Assembly (NCBI GenBank): GCA_965235115.1 | Contig: OZ249436.1 | Location: 23,190,001-23,254,000, forward strand | Source of the DNA: Laetmonice hystrix | Taxonomy: Eukaryota | Length of the DNA stretch: 64,000 bases | Reading direction: 5' to 3' | In this document: positions 37,847 through 51,172 of the stretch, in pieces | Layout of the letters: the number at the start of each line of letters is the position of its first letter | Position numbering within the stretch: position 1 is the first letter of the stretch | The notes under the pieces: model-generated | What the model was told of the DNA's origin: nothing | Database searches by the model: none | Seen by the model: the letters and a program-made list of their open reading frames with translations, nothing else | Translations under genes and position numbers: made by a program

Positions 37847-38268
37847 GGTCGGGTCCCATAAATGTTACGTCAGAATTTAGATAGCCCATAATCACTTATG
37901 TCAAATAGAATTAACCGACGTAACTGACGTAAGGGGCTTATTTCTACGCAGGTGGAGCCTGCCTGCGTAACTTCCTAAAATAAGAATTAATATACGAAAC
38001 TTTGAATTATGTAGCTTATAATGTTACATCAACATATATGAAGTTTCATGGTGGCACGAGGAACATACTCTATGTGGTGCCATTAAAGGTTTAATAAAAA
38101 TTGATGTAGCGTTGAAATAAAGGCCCACATCACGCCAAAGAAAAGTCCTACCCACGGCTCTCCACTTGGACGGAGGCGGGCCTACGTCAAATCGGTATAA
38201 GAAGTAGCATTCTACTTCTTACGTCAACGCTACGTCAATTTTTAGGCAAAAATTTATGGGCCCCGACC
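37847..38268. mobile_element. Family G MITE copy 2 (inverted)
   Basis: Reverse complement of 15427-15849; flanks ATG/CTG. Confidence 0.88.
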
Positions 38269-38938
38269 CTGGTCTCGACGCACGGCAAGCCCCCAACCTG
38301 ACTAGTTTGGAGATAAAAAAAACGACAAACAAAACAACATCTTGTTTAAAGGTGCTATTCGTCTCGCACAGAATGGCATTTCTCCTATCATACATTGGGT
38401 GATTTTAAAGTTGGTGTATTTGCCAGTGTGTAGTGTTAGTGTCAGCGTCAGTGTTAATTTCTACTCCAAACAACTGGTGGCAGTGTAACACTTACACTGG
38501 TGTCTGGTGTTAATGTCACTGGTGTAAGTGTCACAGCAACTTCATGAATATACGAAAAATCTGGATGATATGAAACCTGGTGTTAACAGCTGGTGTTTAC
38601 ACTAACACCAAGGAGCCCTGGGACACCAGAAATAAACTCCCTGGCGTTAACAACAGGTGTTAGTGTGATCAGAGTTTATAGGTAGTGTTATTGGGTGTTA
38701 GTGGTGCACCCACACTCCCTGGAACACTCAGCCCAGGTGTTAATTCCTACCTGGTGTTCTGGCCAAGAAATTTGTAATGGCTCTTCGATTAGCCCTAACA
38801 CTAACGTCTAGGCGTTAACACCGAAGTGATTTTAAAGCTGGTGTTGCCTGGTCAGCCACGCTGTTTGTGTCTTTTCAAGGGTCTTTTCACCCTGTTTGTG
38901 TCTTTTCACGCTAAGCATAATCCCAACCCGGGGTATCG

Positions 38939-39300
38939 ACTTTTATTCAGCAATTACAGATATCTTCAAATATTTAAAGATATCTTCAATTCAATTGAAG
39001 GTATCTTAAATTCATTTAAAGATATCTGCAAATATTTACAGATATCTGCAAATATTTAAAGATATCTTCAAATGAATTGAAGATATCCTCAAATGATTTA
39101 AAGATATCCTCAAATGATTTGAAGATATCTTCAATTCTTTTAGAGATATCTGCAAAACAATTGAAGCTATACATTTAAAGTGATGTTCGCCCCTATCCTT
39201 AATTCTATTAAAGATATCTTAAAAAGAATTTCAGATATCTTCAATTGAATTGAAGAGACCTTCAAATATTTGAAGATATCTGTAAATGCTGAATAAAAGT
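38939..39300. mobile_element. GATATCT-rich MITE
   Basis: TIR ACTTTTATTCAGCAATTACAGATATCTTCAAATA with its inverse. Confidence 0.8.
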
Positions 39301-39641
39301 ACCAACAGCATTCCATAGAAAATACGTTTTGCAGCATGGCAAATCATAATAAATAAAATATAGTACTTTTTCCTCAAAACATATGAAACAAAGTAGGTTA
39401 GTTTTCACGAAGGTTCAAAACATATTAGGATATAGTGAAAGACAGTGTTTTGAGGTTAACTATGCATGAGTTCTAAATGACCCATTTCAAATAGGCCTAA
39501 ACTGTTACAAAACTAATATTCAATGGTACGCCTAGTTTATTTAAAAAGATGATAAATTGGTGTGTGTGGGTGTGTGTGCGGTGTGGGGGGGGGGGGGGGG
39601 GGTTAATGGTGGGTTGAAGGTAGGTATCAAGCATAGCCATG

Positions 39642-40123
39642 CAGTGGCGGATCTGGGGGGGGGGGGAGTTACTGGGGTTGCAACCCCCCTTCAGCCGCTG
39701 ACTAATGTCGTGACACCAGGAAAAAGGGGGGAAAATAATAAATGCACGTAGATCTATACAGGTAATACATAATCTAATAGGCCTTTAGATTGGATATAGG
39801 ATAATAGGCAACCATATAACCCCCAACCCCCCGTTGGCGTCCCAACCTCAATCCAAACCTCCACCCCCAACCCCAGACGCCGACCAGGGGCGGGTTGCAC
39901 TAACGGTCCTACGGGTTAGGGCTGAATTTAGGACCAGTCCTACTGAGTGTCATGCCCCCCAAGCACTTCATATCTATCTGAGTTTGAATAGCCCTTGAGA
40001 TATAAAAGTTGACGAATTACATTTAAATTGTGGATATTTGCCCCTGTTGAATGTAGGACTGGTCCTAAATTCAGTCCTAAACCGTAGGACCGTTAGTGCA
40101 ACCCACCCCTGGATCCGCCCCTG
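39642..40123. mobile_element. hAT-like MITE (CAGTGGCGGATC..GATCCGCCCCTG)
   Basis: Terminal IRs present; CCATG on both flanks, not the canonical 8-bp hAT TSD. Confidence 0.6.
39888..40108. mobile_element. Harbinger-type MITE with ~55-bp TIRs
   Basis: GGGCGGGTTGCACTAACGGTCCTACGG.. with its inverse; flanks CAG/CTG. Confidence 0.85.
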
Positions 40124-41772
40124 CCATGTTGCGTCATGTTCGGACCACAAGTGGCATCTGTCTGCTGGATTCTCTGACCGTTGCTGTTAGCATGGTCTAG
40201 CATGTTGTGTGTTGATCCTAAGGTTGATGGTTCGATTCCCGGTGTGTCATGTAATTATTTGTCCTTATATTGCAACAGATATGAGACGGACTCCAACTGT
40301 TTTTATCATCTGCTTTTGAAATTATTAATTAGTATTTCGTTTATAATTACACCTACTTCCTTTATTTAGTTTCTCTCTCTTGTCTGAATCACATTTTAAG
40401 TTGTGAATCGGGTGAGGTATCCGGGATTCTGGTTACTGTTAGCATACACCAACTTGAAAATCACCCCTGGTGGTAGGCCTACGTTTGTCTGTTCTCAGTT
40501 GATTTGTATGTTGCTGATTATTATGAGAGTGGCACATATGAAATTGAGACACTTAATATTTTTGAAACTGCAACAGGAACCAGTTCACTTCTGACAGGAT
40601 GTCTGACGCATTATGGGAAAGCCCCAGATTATGCATGGATGCCCATGTGTAGTTGAAAGCATGAAATATTACCGGTCATAATTTGGGAATCGAACTCTGA
40701 TTTTAACGAGGTCTTGATCATTTTCCCCAATGATGGTGTCCTTTCTAGCATGCAGTGTGGATTACTACTAACAACGGGTGTTGGTGTTAACACTAACATG
40801 GTGTATGGTGTGAGTGTTATACTGGTGTTAGTGTCAGACCCGTGTTAGGAATCCGTATTCAGAAGGTAACCAACTTGAAGTGTCAGTTGTGTGTTAACAC
40901 TTGCACTCAGTCTTCCACGGAGTGTAGATCACACGGACACCTGATGTTAACACTGGACAATTTATTTCTGGTGTCCCAGAGCTTGTGAGTGTTACTGTTA
41001 GTGTAAACACCACCTGTTAACACCAACTTTAAAATCACCCATTGTGCACATAGTACTAGAAAAAATTCCTACCGATACCATTGGCCTGATAAACCTTCTA
41101 TTAGTTTGTGTGCAGCATTTGAAACCTATCTCGGTGCGCACCGAGATAGAGCCAATTCCTATGGTGGGGCGTGTCAGGGTCTCCACAGGCCTTCTGAGAG
41201 AGCCCCATTTGTGCCGTTATCCATGAAAAATTTTGATTTCCTTTGTTGTGAATCTATTTCCATGATAGGTGGGATCACATAAACGTCAACAAAATTAAAA
41301 ATAAAAAAATTGAATTTTTGTTCACGAATAGCACCTTTAAAACAGCCCATATTAATAAAATATCCAATATCTTGGTCTTGCTGAAAACTAATACTATTTT
41401 AAAGTCAAAGATCGAAAATTGAGTAACCAAGTAGCTGGGCGATGAAGCGATAATATCAAATGTTTTGATATTATCGCTTTGCTCGGCGATGCCTTCAGGC
41501 GACAGAATAATCCCGTCGCCTGGACGCCCACACTGGGGCGATGACAGAGCGATGTACCAAGACGCAAGCGATAGCAAAATTGGTCCATCGATCGCCTTGG
41601 TCTGTTCCATAAAATGCCATCGCTTTGGTCGGCGATGACCGTTGATGGTCAGGCGAGGAAGTGCAAATCATCGCCTGAGCGCCCAGACTGCGGCGATGAC
41701 ACAGGCGACAGCCAAGCGATGCAAAAATGGCCAAGCGATCGACATCGATCGCCCTAGTCTGTTCCCGGCTAA

Positions 41773-44670
41773 AGTGCCAGATCCACTAAGCCGAATTTCT
41801 TGCGAATTTGCCGTCGCGCCGAATTCGCATTATCTCATGAGCTGTCGGCGCGAATTTCGCTGTAGTGGATCAGGTGTTCGCATGAGATTCGCACGATCTC
41901 ATGCGAATTCGCATGGCCATGAGAATGCCAACCGACAAAATCCCAACGTAAATGACACGTTTTTCTTGCGAATTTGCCGTCGCGCCGAATTCGCTTGATC
42001 TCATGAGCTGTCGGCGCGCAAATCGCTGTAGTGGATCAGGCGTTCGGTTGAGATTTGCATGTCGCATGGGAATTCGCGTGGCCATGAGAATGCAAAGCGA
42101 AAATATTCAAACGTTTAGAAATTTTCGCATGACTCGCTTGTGATCGCTTCACCTATCCAAGATAGCCAACTTTGCTGTCCGGGCGGCGTTTTTAGTTACC
42201 GAGATTGATACTAGCTGGCAGGGACCTGTCATGTGATCAAATCTGAGATCGTACACAAACCAGCGACAACTTGGTTGCTGGTTTGTGAACCCAAGCCGGT
42301 CGCCACGCTCGCAATTATGCGAATACCCACCGCCTGTGGCGAGTTCCACTGCCGAAACCCAGCCCGGTCACTCTACCAGGCCGTAGTCTACTACGCCCTG
42401 CCTAGATCGCGCCGGTATGGCGTAGGCCTGCTTCCGCCGTACTGTACATTCGCTCAGCCATCTACCCGGCTTGGAGCCATCACTGACCGGGACTTGGACG
42501 CACCAAGTCTTCGTTAACTTTGTTGACTCGCATAGCCTAAATCCAGCTAGTTTGACCGCAGTTTTCCATTTTACACAGAAAACGTACGCCCGATACTTAC
42601 AATACCCCCTGGTGGTACTACAATTGACAGCTCCCATTGCAACCGGGAAGGTGCCTGAGCGGAATGTACAGTACAACGGTAGCTAGAGTACACCACACCG
42701 GCCCTCAGTGCCAGTGTACTATGAAATATTTTTGCCTATGAAATATTGCAGCATTGCGTCACTGAATTATTTCACAGCCTGTAGCTATGAAATATTGCTG
42801 CCTACGAAATATTGCAGTGACGCAATATTTCATAGCTGTATTATTTCATAGCTTACCTATGAAATAGAGCTGCCTATGAAATATTGCAGTATTGCACCAC
42901 TGCATTATTTCATAGGCCTGCAGCAATATTTCATAGCCTGTAGCTATGAAATATTGCATAGCCTATAGCTATGGATTAATGCCGCCTATGAAATATTGCA
43001 GTCATGAAGTACCTTAGTACATGTACTGCAATATTCCACGGACTGCGATATTTCATAGCTATAGCTATGGAATAATGCCGCCTATGAAATATTGCAGTCA
43101 TGAAATGCTGCAATATTCCATGGACTGCAATATTTTATAGCCTTTTGCTATCGGATAATGCGGCCTATGAAATATTGCAGTCATGAAATAGTCTAGTACT
43201 GCAATATTCCAGGGACTGCAATATTTTATAGCCTACAGCTATGGAATAATGCCGCCTATGAAATATTGCAATCATATTGCAGTACGAAAGCACAATGCGG
43301 CAATATTTTATGACTGCAATATTTCATAGCCAATGTGTATGAAAAATTGCAGTGATGCAATATTGCCACATTTTGACGCATTACTGCAATATTTCATGCC
43401 TGCAATATTTCATGGCACACCTGCCCGTCTTGGCCCTCACTCCTCATGTCTGGGATGAGTTTATGACATACGCCAGTCAGCCTGTAGGAGTGCCGGGAGA
43501 GGACAGGCGACACATAGCTTGGCTGAGGTCACATGGCATGAAGGTGGGGAGTCAGCTCGGCCCGCTTAGTATACGGGGGTTGGGGTATGAGGGCACCCTC
43601 ACATTAGCGCCCATTTTTTGAAATGAACGAAATTCGGCACCGCTTGCCGAACTAGGCCTATTCCTTTTGAGAAGATATATGGCGGATTTCCCCGTGACAG
43701 AACCGGTGGTTATATAATCCAAAGACAAACACCCAGCGTAAGTTTAAATAAGGAAATATCACTGCTTGATGCCCCTCTTCGATAGGCCTATGCCTACTTT
43801 ATGCCACTGCATGGTGTAGTGAGAGGTGGGGGTTGTTAGGGGGGATCGCTGTGATGACGGGGTATAGGCTTATATAGCCTAGACGGTACCCCTCAATGTA
43901 GGCCGGGCCCCCTCTGAGGCCCTATTCATCATAGTTGTACTGCATCTGCGAGCAAGAATATTGAGATCCTAATATTTTTGTGAGAGGGCCACATGTGTGG
44001 AATTATCCTAAAGACAGCTGATTCCTAAAATAAAGTTCACTACACACAGCTGGGAAATAAAATACTTTTCTTTTAAGAAACAGCAAACTCTTCATATTAT
44101 ACAGAGAAATTAAGACTGTATATTATTGTAATGAAGTGGTTACCTAAATAAAAATAGTAGTTCGTTAACAACTGTGGCTAAAACTTTTTTCGTGTGGCCA
44201 GTTTTTTCCCTCAGTTGTTAGCTATTGTGGCTCAGACCCAAAATTCACTAGCGTATACTCCCTGTAATGAATATAGTTGCAGTCGCAATGGTTGCTACCA
44301 CAGGCTCCAAATTTATCGGCATCCCCATGTTGATGGGCGAACATTAGGCCTGGGTGAACTTGGACACGAATGATTTCAAAGGGTAATCTAGTGTAGGCTA
44401 GGCCTAACCCGTTATTCAGTCCCGGCTACCAATACGCTCAGACATTCGCATGAGAAATTCGCATGAATCGCTGTAGGAGATTTGCCATTCGCAAGAGACA
44501 TTCGCATGAATCGCTGTAGTGGATTTGCCATTCGCAAGAGAAATTCGTATGAATCGCTGTAGTGGATGTGCCATTCGCATGGGATTCGCATCAGTCGCTA
44601 CATTCGCATGATCGCATGCGTCGCATGAGAATTTCAATGCGAATGTCGTCGCCTTAGTGGATCTGGCCCA
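41773..44670 (+). mobile_element. Family A element copy 2
   Basis: Colinear with 8277-10745; TSD TAA/TAA; extra segment at ~43447-44010. Confidence 0.88.
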
Positions 44671-44673
44671 TAA

Positions 44674-45706
44674 GGGCCATTTACACATAAGCGATTTTCC
44701 AAGCGATGGTGCATCGCGCCGACATCGCTTGGCTCAAACGATGTCGGTGCGACATCGGTTTAGTGTAAATGCCCATCGCCTGACCGTCGCTTGGCTCAAG
44801 CGACGTCGGTTGGCCATCGCTTGGCCAAGCGATGGGCAACCGACGATATCAAAAACTTTTGATATTATCGCTTCAGTTCAGGCGATGCTGAGCATCGCTT
44901 GGGGAATTTTCATTCTATTCTTACAACGCGATGGCAAAAGTTTTGAACAACAGATCGGTGCTAGGACTCCATGCAAGAAAGTATCACTAGGGTCCAGGCT
45001 TTCAGAATCACCCAAATGGCATTTGACCTTCAAGGTCAAATTTGGAGGTCAAAAGGTCAACTGAAGTCAACTTAAGTTCTAAAATAATAGGTAACGGTGA
45101 AGAAACGTCAAGAATTAGATGGGTGACGTCATGATTTACAGCACTCAGGTGGTGCCCTCTGTTACAGAGTGATATAGTCTATTGCTGAATGAAGCACCCG
45201 ACCAGTATACATCTGCTCATAAAAAAAAAGAAAACAATGAAAATGTGATTATATACATATGGCATTGCTCCGAGTGCGGGATGGGCCTATCACAGCACGC
45301 GTCAGGCCAGTTCAGGCCGAGCCCTTTAGGTGAGGCCTAAAACTGGGGTAGATGCTATTCTTTAACCACTACAGGCAGCGTAATCACTACAGGCAGTGCC
45401 TATCAAAACATAAGCCACGCCCAGTCTCCGCCCAATTCGATTCTAGTGATTAGGCCCCTATATACCCACCATGCCTGTAGTGATTAGGAACCTATATATC
45501 ACTATTTACAGCCCTCGGGTGAAAAAGATTTTAATATCAAGAAATCATCGCTCGAGCATCGCATCAAAACATCGCCTCAGTGTAAATGCTTATCGGTCGG
45601 CTGACCATCGGTCGTGTGGCCTATGCGATGGCCAAACGATGGTCAGCATCGCATGTGATTATCGCATGAGAGCATCGTCTGAGCATCGCTTATGTGTAAA
45701 CGGCCC
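44674..45706. mobile_element. Harbinger-type MITE (family L)
   Basis: TIR GGGCCATTTACACATAAGCGAT / ATCGCTTATGTGTAAACGGCCC. Confidence 0.8.
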
Positions 45707-45739
45707 AATGGTATTAAAAGAGCGTACCTGCGACACTAA

Positions 45740-45996
45740 AGGGCCATTTACACATAAGCGATGCTCAGACGATGCTCTCATGCGATAATCACAGGCGATG
45801 CTGACCATCGTTTGGCCATCGCATAGGCCACACGACCGATGGTCAGCCGACCGATAAGCATAAATAATTTACACTGAGGCGATCATCACACGATGGTTTT
45901 GATGCGATGCTCGAGCGATGATTTCTTGATATTAAAATCTTTTTCACCCGAGGGCTGTAAATAGTGATATATAGGTTCCTAATCACTACAGGCATG
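45740..45996. mobile_element. Truncated inverted copy of the right end of family L
   Basis: Reverse complement of 45470-45706. Confidence 0.85.
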
Positions 45997-46011
45997 CGAG
46001 GTATATAGTAG

Positions 46012-46228
46012 CTATTTCATATCAGATATATCTGCGGGGACTGCTAAGTTACCGGGGTGGTAACTATTTCATATCAGATATATCTGCGGGGACTGCTGAG
46101 TTACCGGGGTGGTAACTATTTCATATCAGATATATCTGCGGGGACTGCTGAGTTACCGGGGTGGTAACTATTTCATATCAGATATATCTGCGGGGACTGC
46201 TGAGTTACCGGGGTGGTAACTATTTCAT
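46012..46228. repeat. 52-bp tandem repeat, ~4 copies
   Basis: CTATTTCATATCAGATATATCTGCGGGGACTGCTGAGTTACCGGGGTGGTAA, head to tail. Confidence 0.95.
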
Positions 46229-48254
46229 CCCAAATATGTACGGTGGTAACTATTTCATATATATATACAATATGTAGGCTACTGTGGGGACTGCTGCGAG
46301 GCGTTGTAATAAAAACTGGGAGGGGCGGGGGGGGGGGGGAGGGTTAACTGCCTCCCCGGGATGTCCAGGTTTTTTAAACCCAGATCCCAGCTCGACCAGC
46401 GCAATGACGCGCTATCACGCGGTAGGCCTATCTGTTTAATGTCCAGGGGGATAGTATACCTCCCCTCCCCCCGGCATTCTCGGCCAGACTATACGGCCGT
46501 GATCAGAAACCCAAGAAATTAAACCCCAGCCCACTTCACTATTTGCGGACGGGCGTTTTTTTTCAGCTTCATTTTATTGACGCTTTGATACATTCTTACA
46601 ATGTGGATACAGCACCTCTGTAGCGATTGGGGGGGGGGGGGGGGTAAACTCAGAGGATTTATGTTGGTCTTCATCGTTCAATATCATTCTATATCATCAT
46701 TTTCTTACCTTTATTAGTGTTAGTTGTGTTGTATAATTTGCTGATATAGAGCTGCCATATTGTTACCCGTCACTAGTGGCTGATTGTGGTAGCACCAACA
46801 AGGTCCATATTGTGGACTCTGAGAGACACATTATGGACAGACGGCAATTAAACGGTCTGCCTTTGCGTCAGTTAGACTCGCTCTCCGGCCTTATTACTGC
46901 GACAAGGCGCCGTATTACTTCCATTACCTTTTAATATCCTGCCGCAGCCCTTCGACTTGTTTGCTTTAATTTCAGACCACTTTTTGATGGTTGTCCGACA
47001 CTGTCAGAGTGCTGATCCTATGAGGGTCTGCCATTGACCCTAAACCGGTGCATGGTCGAGATTTATAGCTCCCTTCCCGGGGCTACTGTTTGTCAAAAGT
47101 TCATCTAACGCCTGTCGCTATTACAGAGCTCTCAGCTGTATGTCAGAAATACGACATGAAATCGACGACTGTCGTATATTTTAGCGCGGATAATTAGCTT
47201 TCTGAAGAAGAAGGGTGATGATTTCACGGGTTTATAGTGACGTGGTGATACTAAAATTATTGCTATTTCAATACTCGTGTTTAGCGTGCACACAGCCCAC
47301 AGTATCCGGTGTCGGTGGGGGCTCGAGCGCTCGCCTGCTCCTGTTAAGAGGACGCCCGTGTTAACTGTTTGACTTCCGCCTAGGCAGGTGGAACCAAATT
47401 AATGAAACCAACCGACAAGTAAATCCACCCGTATCAGACGCGGCGCACACTTGATATCGTGATAGCCCTATCAATTAACACCACAGCGGGCGAAAAAAAA
47501 GTCCAACAGGAATCTCTAGCTTTGGACATAAATCAGACAAATCCAGCCCCGCTGGGGTTAGCCCGGTGCTTATCCTATTAGCCATTGTAGGTTTTGAACA
47601 AAAAACGTTCGTGCGCGTGTTACAGGAAGGGCGTTCAAGTCGTGCACGCGAGGTGCCATTCAACTTGTGGGGGTTCCAGAACAAAGACCCCGGATCAGAC
47701 AGCTCGTTAACATCGGGCTAGTATAGCACTGTACTGGCCAGAGGGATGCTTCGGTCCCCGTCCGTCTCTGTTAGGCGCACGACGCTTTCTCAGTGTCAGG
47801 GGATCATGAGGCCAGAATCATGTCCAGTTAAATTTGTTGGTATATAGGCGCTTATAGTTGACAGACAGTCCATTTCCAGACACTACTTGCTTGAAGGCAC
47901 ACAAACACCCATCCCATTTTCAAAATTCCCCCGATTGTAATACTTTCGGCAAAATTGTGAATGGCGCACAATGCGAGGGGTACGGTGGCTGGAAAGTGTC
48001 ATATTTCTTTCTTTCTGAATTAACACTTTTTTCTTTTTTCAATTTCCACCACGTGGCGGAAATTATTTCCACCGTGCCCGAAATAATTTCCACCACTCTA
48101 AACCCATTGGCTGACAGAGTCAATGTCAAGGACACGCATCCTGAAAAGATTTCGCTTGGGAAGAAGGGGCCATTCAAAGGACCACATACAAACTGTCATT
48201 AATGCCGTTGAAAATAAATGAAGTAGGCCTACGGGGCACTGGGACAGATCTTAC

Positions 48255-48912
48255 ATACAGAGCTATGCATGATAAGATAACAAAGTTCTGTTGTATCGTA
48301 TAGATGGCGTTTTCTTTCGGAGACAAAGACCACTGCGAAGGCGGCGATACTTCAGCAGAGGTCCCAATGACATCTGGCACATTGATGGATGGGATAAGTT
48401 GAAGACATTTGGTTTTTGTGTCCACAGAGGCATTGATGGATTTTCACGTAGGATTCTGTGGCTTGAGCTTGCAAGTGCAAATAACGATCCATATATCGTT
48501 TGCAGATACTTTGCAGATGCAGTTACTCAAGCTGGTGGACTACCTAACGTCGTTACGGGCGGACCATTTAACTTTGATGGAGGAGCGGGGTAGGAAGATT
48601 TAGTTTGGACAGAATATTTTTTTCACACAATTTCACAGCCGGAATTTTTTTATTCATTTCAATTCACCTTTATTCAATGACAGAGGCAGCCAAATTATTT
48701 TTTTCCTTAGAAATTGGAGCCGGGAAATTTATTCATAAAATCTTCCTACCCTCCCCCCCCCCATTAAAGTTAAATGGTCGGCCCCTTAGGGCCGACAGAG
48801 GTACAGAGGACATTAACATTGAGCAGATGCAGCCTGTCCTTCGAAGTGGTAATGTACAAGCCACAGCATTTCTGTACGGGCGATCGACTTCGAATCAAAG
48901 GATCGAGAGTCT
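48255..48912 (+). pseudogene. Integrase-core (rve-like) DDE transposase fragment
   Basis: YRAMH..; LRRRRYFSRGPNDIWHIDGWDKLK..GIDGFSRRILWL..; RADRGTE..YGRSTSNQRIES. Frame is restored when the MITE at 48556-48785 and one TTA are removed. Confidence 0.88.
48556..48785. mobile_element. Harbinger-type MITE inserted in the integrase
   Basis: TIR GACCATTTAACTTT..GGTAGGAAGATTT with its inverse; TSD TTA/TTA. Confidence 0.88.
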
Positions 48913-49921
48913 AAGTTTGAATCTTGTTTGACTTTGAACTTACCATGACGGTCAGTGACGTCAAAGTGCGTGTCCAATCACCTTTACGGCTGAAATTAAT
49001 TATGGGCGCGGTGGAAATGATTTTCGCCACGTGGTGGAAATTATTGCCACCGTGCCCGAAATAATTTCCACCACGTGGCGAAAATAATAATTTCCGCCAC
49101 GTGGTGGAAATGATTTCGGGCACAGTGGATATAGTTTTTGAAATTGAAAACAGAAAAAAGTGTTAATTCAGAAATAAATAAATATGACACTTTCCAGCCA
49201 CCGTAGAAGGGCATTATCTAAGCATGTATGTTGTTTGGACCTATATGACGAGTTTTTCTTCTTCCCCTTTCCAACTTTCTACTATCACCCCCAACATTGT
49301 CACTTTCCTCTTCGTAATGTGGTCCACCCCTCCGAGGTATTCATGATTTGTAACCCCCTCCGATAAAGGCATCCTCGTTCCTGGCTTTGAACCCTTGACA
49401 TCGGGGCAGCAGCTGATACGTTTTCCTTCGAGTATACGAATAGAGAACACGTCAGATAGCTGCAGGTGTAAAAGGAATGTAAGGCCACCGGGTCGGAAGT
49501 CTGCCTGAATAGATTGACAAAAAAGTTGTTCCGGTGTAGGCGTTCTAAATGACCCCCCCCCCCCATCTAAAGTACCACCCCGGTCATTTGGACCTTACGT
49601 TCAAATGACCCCCCTGGGTTCAAATTACCCCCCTTTGTTTCTTTGATAACTTTACATCACCAATTCTTCAGCAATGTTTAATCAAACAAGAGCACCCCTA
49701 GGGTCTAAACAAACTTGAAATACCTCGAAGAATGAATGAAATATACAGAAATGCTTTTTTGTTCTGTTTTTATAAAATGCATATTTCAGTCGTATTTTGT
49801 CAGTTTTTGTGGAGTATTTAAGGCATTTCTGATTATTTTTGCTTGACTTATGACTAGTTCCTTCACTGAATTGTGAAAAGTTGATATTTTTTCCATTAAT
49901 ATTAATAACTAAAGGCCTTAA

Positions 49922-50405
49922 AGGGGCATATTACGAGGAAACGTGAAAAATCGGTATTTCAAAGAACTTTTGCTGCTTTCATAAAGAGATCCTTCATTAA
50001 AATTGCTTGGTAAACAAAGACAGACTTATCAGTTTAATTTTGCATGAGAAATCGAAGTTTATGAAGCTCCCTTGTCCGCGTCTCTGCCGATTTCGTCAAA
50101 TATTTTTTGGGTGGCATTCTGATGCCGGACGATCGAGTGCCACTGCAACTAAGCACATGCAGAGAGTGCACACGCAGGATGTGACGCAGTACGCGATTAC
50201 ACGGGTTGGTGGGAGGTTGTCTACCAAATTATGGCGGGAGATGTGCTATCTATGCGTTTGGTCGTATAGAATTGTGCTGCATACGCAGCGAAAACACGTC
50301 GGAGGACACAATGCTGTGGTAGGATTATTTACTTGGATCCCTAGTACACGGTCATGTTGGATAATTGCCGGAAATCCTCCAAAACGTGTTCCATAGCATG
50401 CCCCT
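49922..50405. mobile_element. Kolobok-like element, copy 2 (inverted)
   Basis: Reverse complement of 27264-27795 with small deletions; TTAA TSD. Confidence 0.85.
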
Positions 50406-51172
50406 TTAAAAAGGTCTGTTTCGGGCGTCCGCCCTACATAAGAAAATGGCTGAACTAACTATTTTGTTAGTTGAAACCCGGACGTACGGCATGGTTTATT
50501 AAACAATCGGAAAGTACAATCGAACAGTCAGGTGCTCTAACATAAAATATGAAATTACAAAATTCAGGTCGTTCCATTGACTGTTGGTTCCTCTGACATT
50601 TAGATATCAGGCCTACACTTTTCAAGCATAGGAGTCATGACGTTATGTTTCATAATAAATTGAATGTTTCAATGAGGGTACATTGGGACTAGATTCAACA
50701 TACTGTGGGGGATATGCGGCCTAGGTTTACTATACCCCTGGGGGTACTTTAAAACTGGCGGGGGTATATTGAAACTAGCGTATATGATCAAATATGGTGG
50801 AGAGATACCGAAAGTTAGCATGGGATCCCTTAGGATTTTTATGGGATGTTGTTCTACGTCATTTGCAGCGCCACTTTCGGAAAGAGGAGACAGATTCAAA
50901 GTCCCGCTATTATGTCAATGGGTTGCTATCGGTGACAGGTAAGTGTTTTATTTTCAAAGTTACGTGTGGTGAAAGCTTTAATCCGTGGTTGTTGATGCTT
51001 CAGAACGAAACCCCTGATAGATGGTTCGTTGTGATTTTTATGTGATGTCCGGTTAGCTGTATAAAGAAAAACACTCGTCAAATGCAACTCGACCGCCCGT
51101 GCCTGCATGGCCATGGCATGGGCGGTCGGCCTCAGGGTCTACTCTAGTTAAGCTAAGTGGGTCTAAAGCCGG

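Larger units (their letters stand above)
38391..41046. mobile_element. (C)AC..GTG element with 2-bp TSD (EnSpm/CMC-like)
   Basis: TIR TGGGTGATTTTAAAGTTGGTGT / ACACCAACTTTAAAATCACCCA; TSD CA/CA; GGTGTTA subrepeats. Confidence 0.75.
38350..41336. mobile_element. Kolobok-like element carrying nested insertions
   Basis: TIR AGGTGCTATTCGT / ACGAATAGCACCT; TSD TTAA/TTAA. Confidence 0.82.
35052..41769. mobile_element. Putative Harbinger-type element (family K) expanded by nested insertions
   Basis: CGGGAACAGACTAGGGCGA..GAT at 35055 is inverted at 41745-41767; TAA on both outer sides; ATCGCC-rich subterminal regions. Pairing of the two ends is inferred. Confidence 0.55.
47981..49205 (+). mobile_element. 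IS3EU-like DNA transposon, internally deleted
   Basis: TIR TACGGTGGCTGGAAAGTGTCATATTT..; 6-bp flanks GAGGGG/GAAGGG; subterminal CCACGTGG repeats; integrase remnant inside. Confidence 0.75.

Noticed and set aside
46012..46228. CRISPR-like array (also considered for 7562-7725 and 33482-34288)
   Set aside because: Units are head to tail with no unique spacers, there are no cas genes, and the context is eukaryotic.
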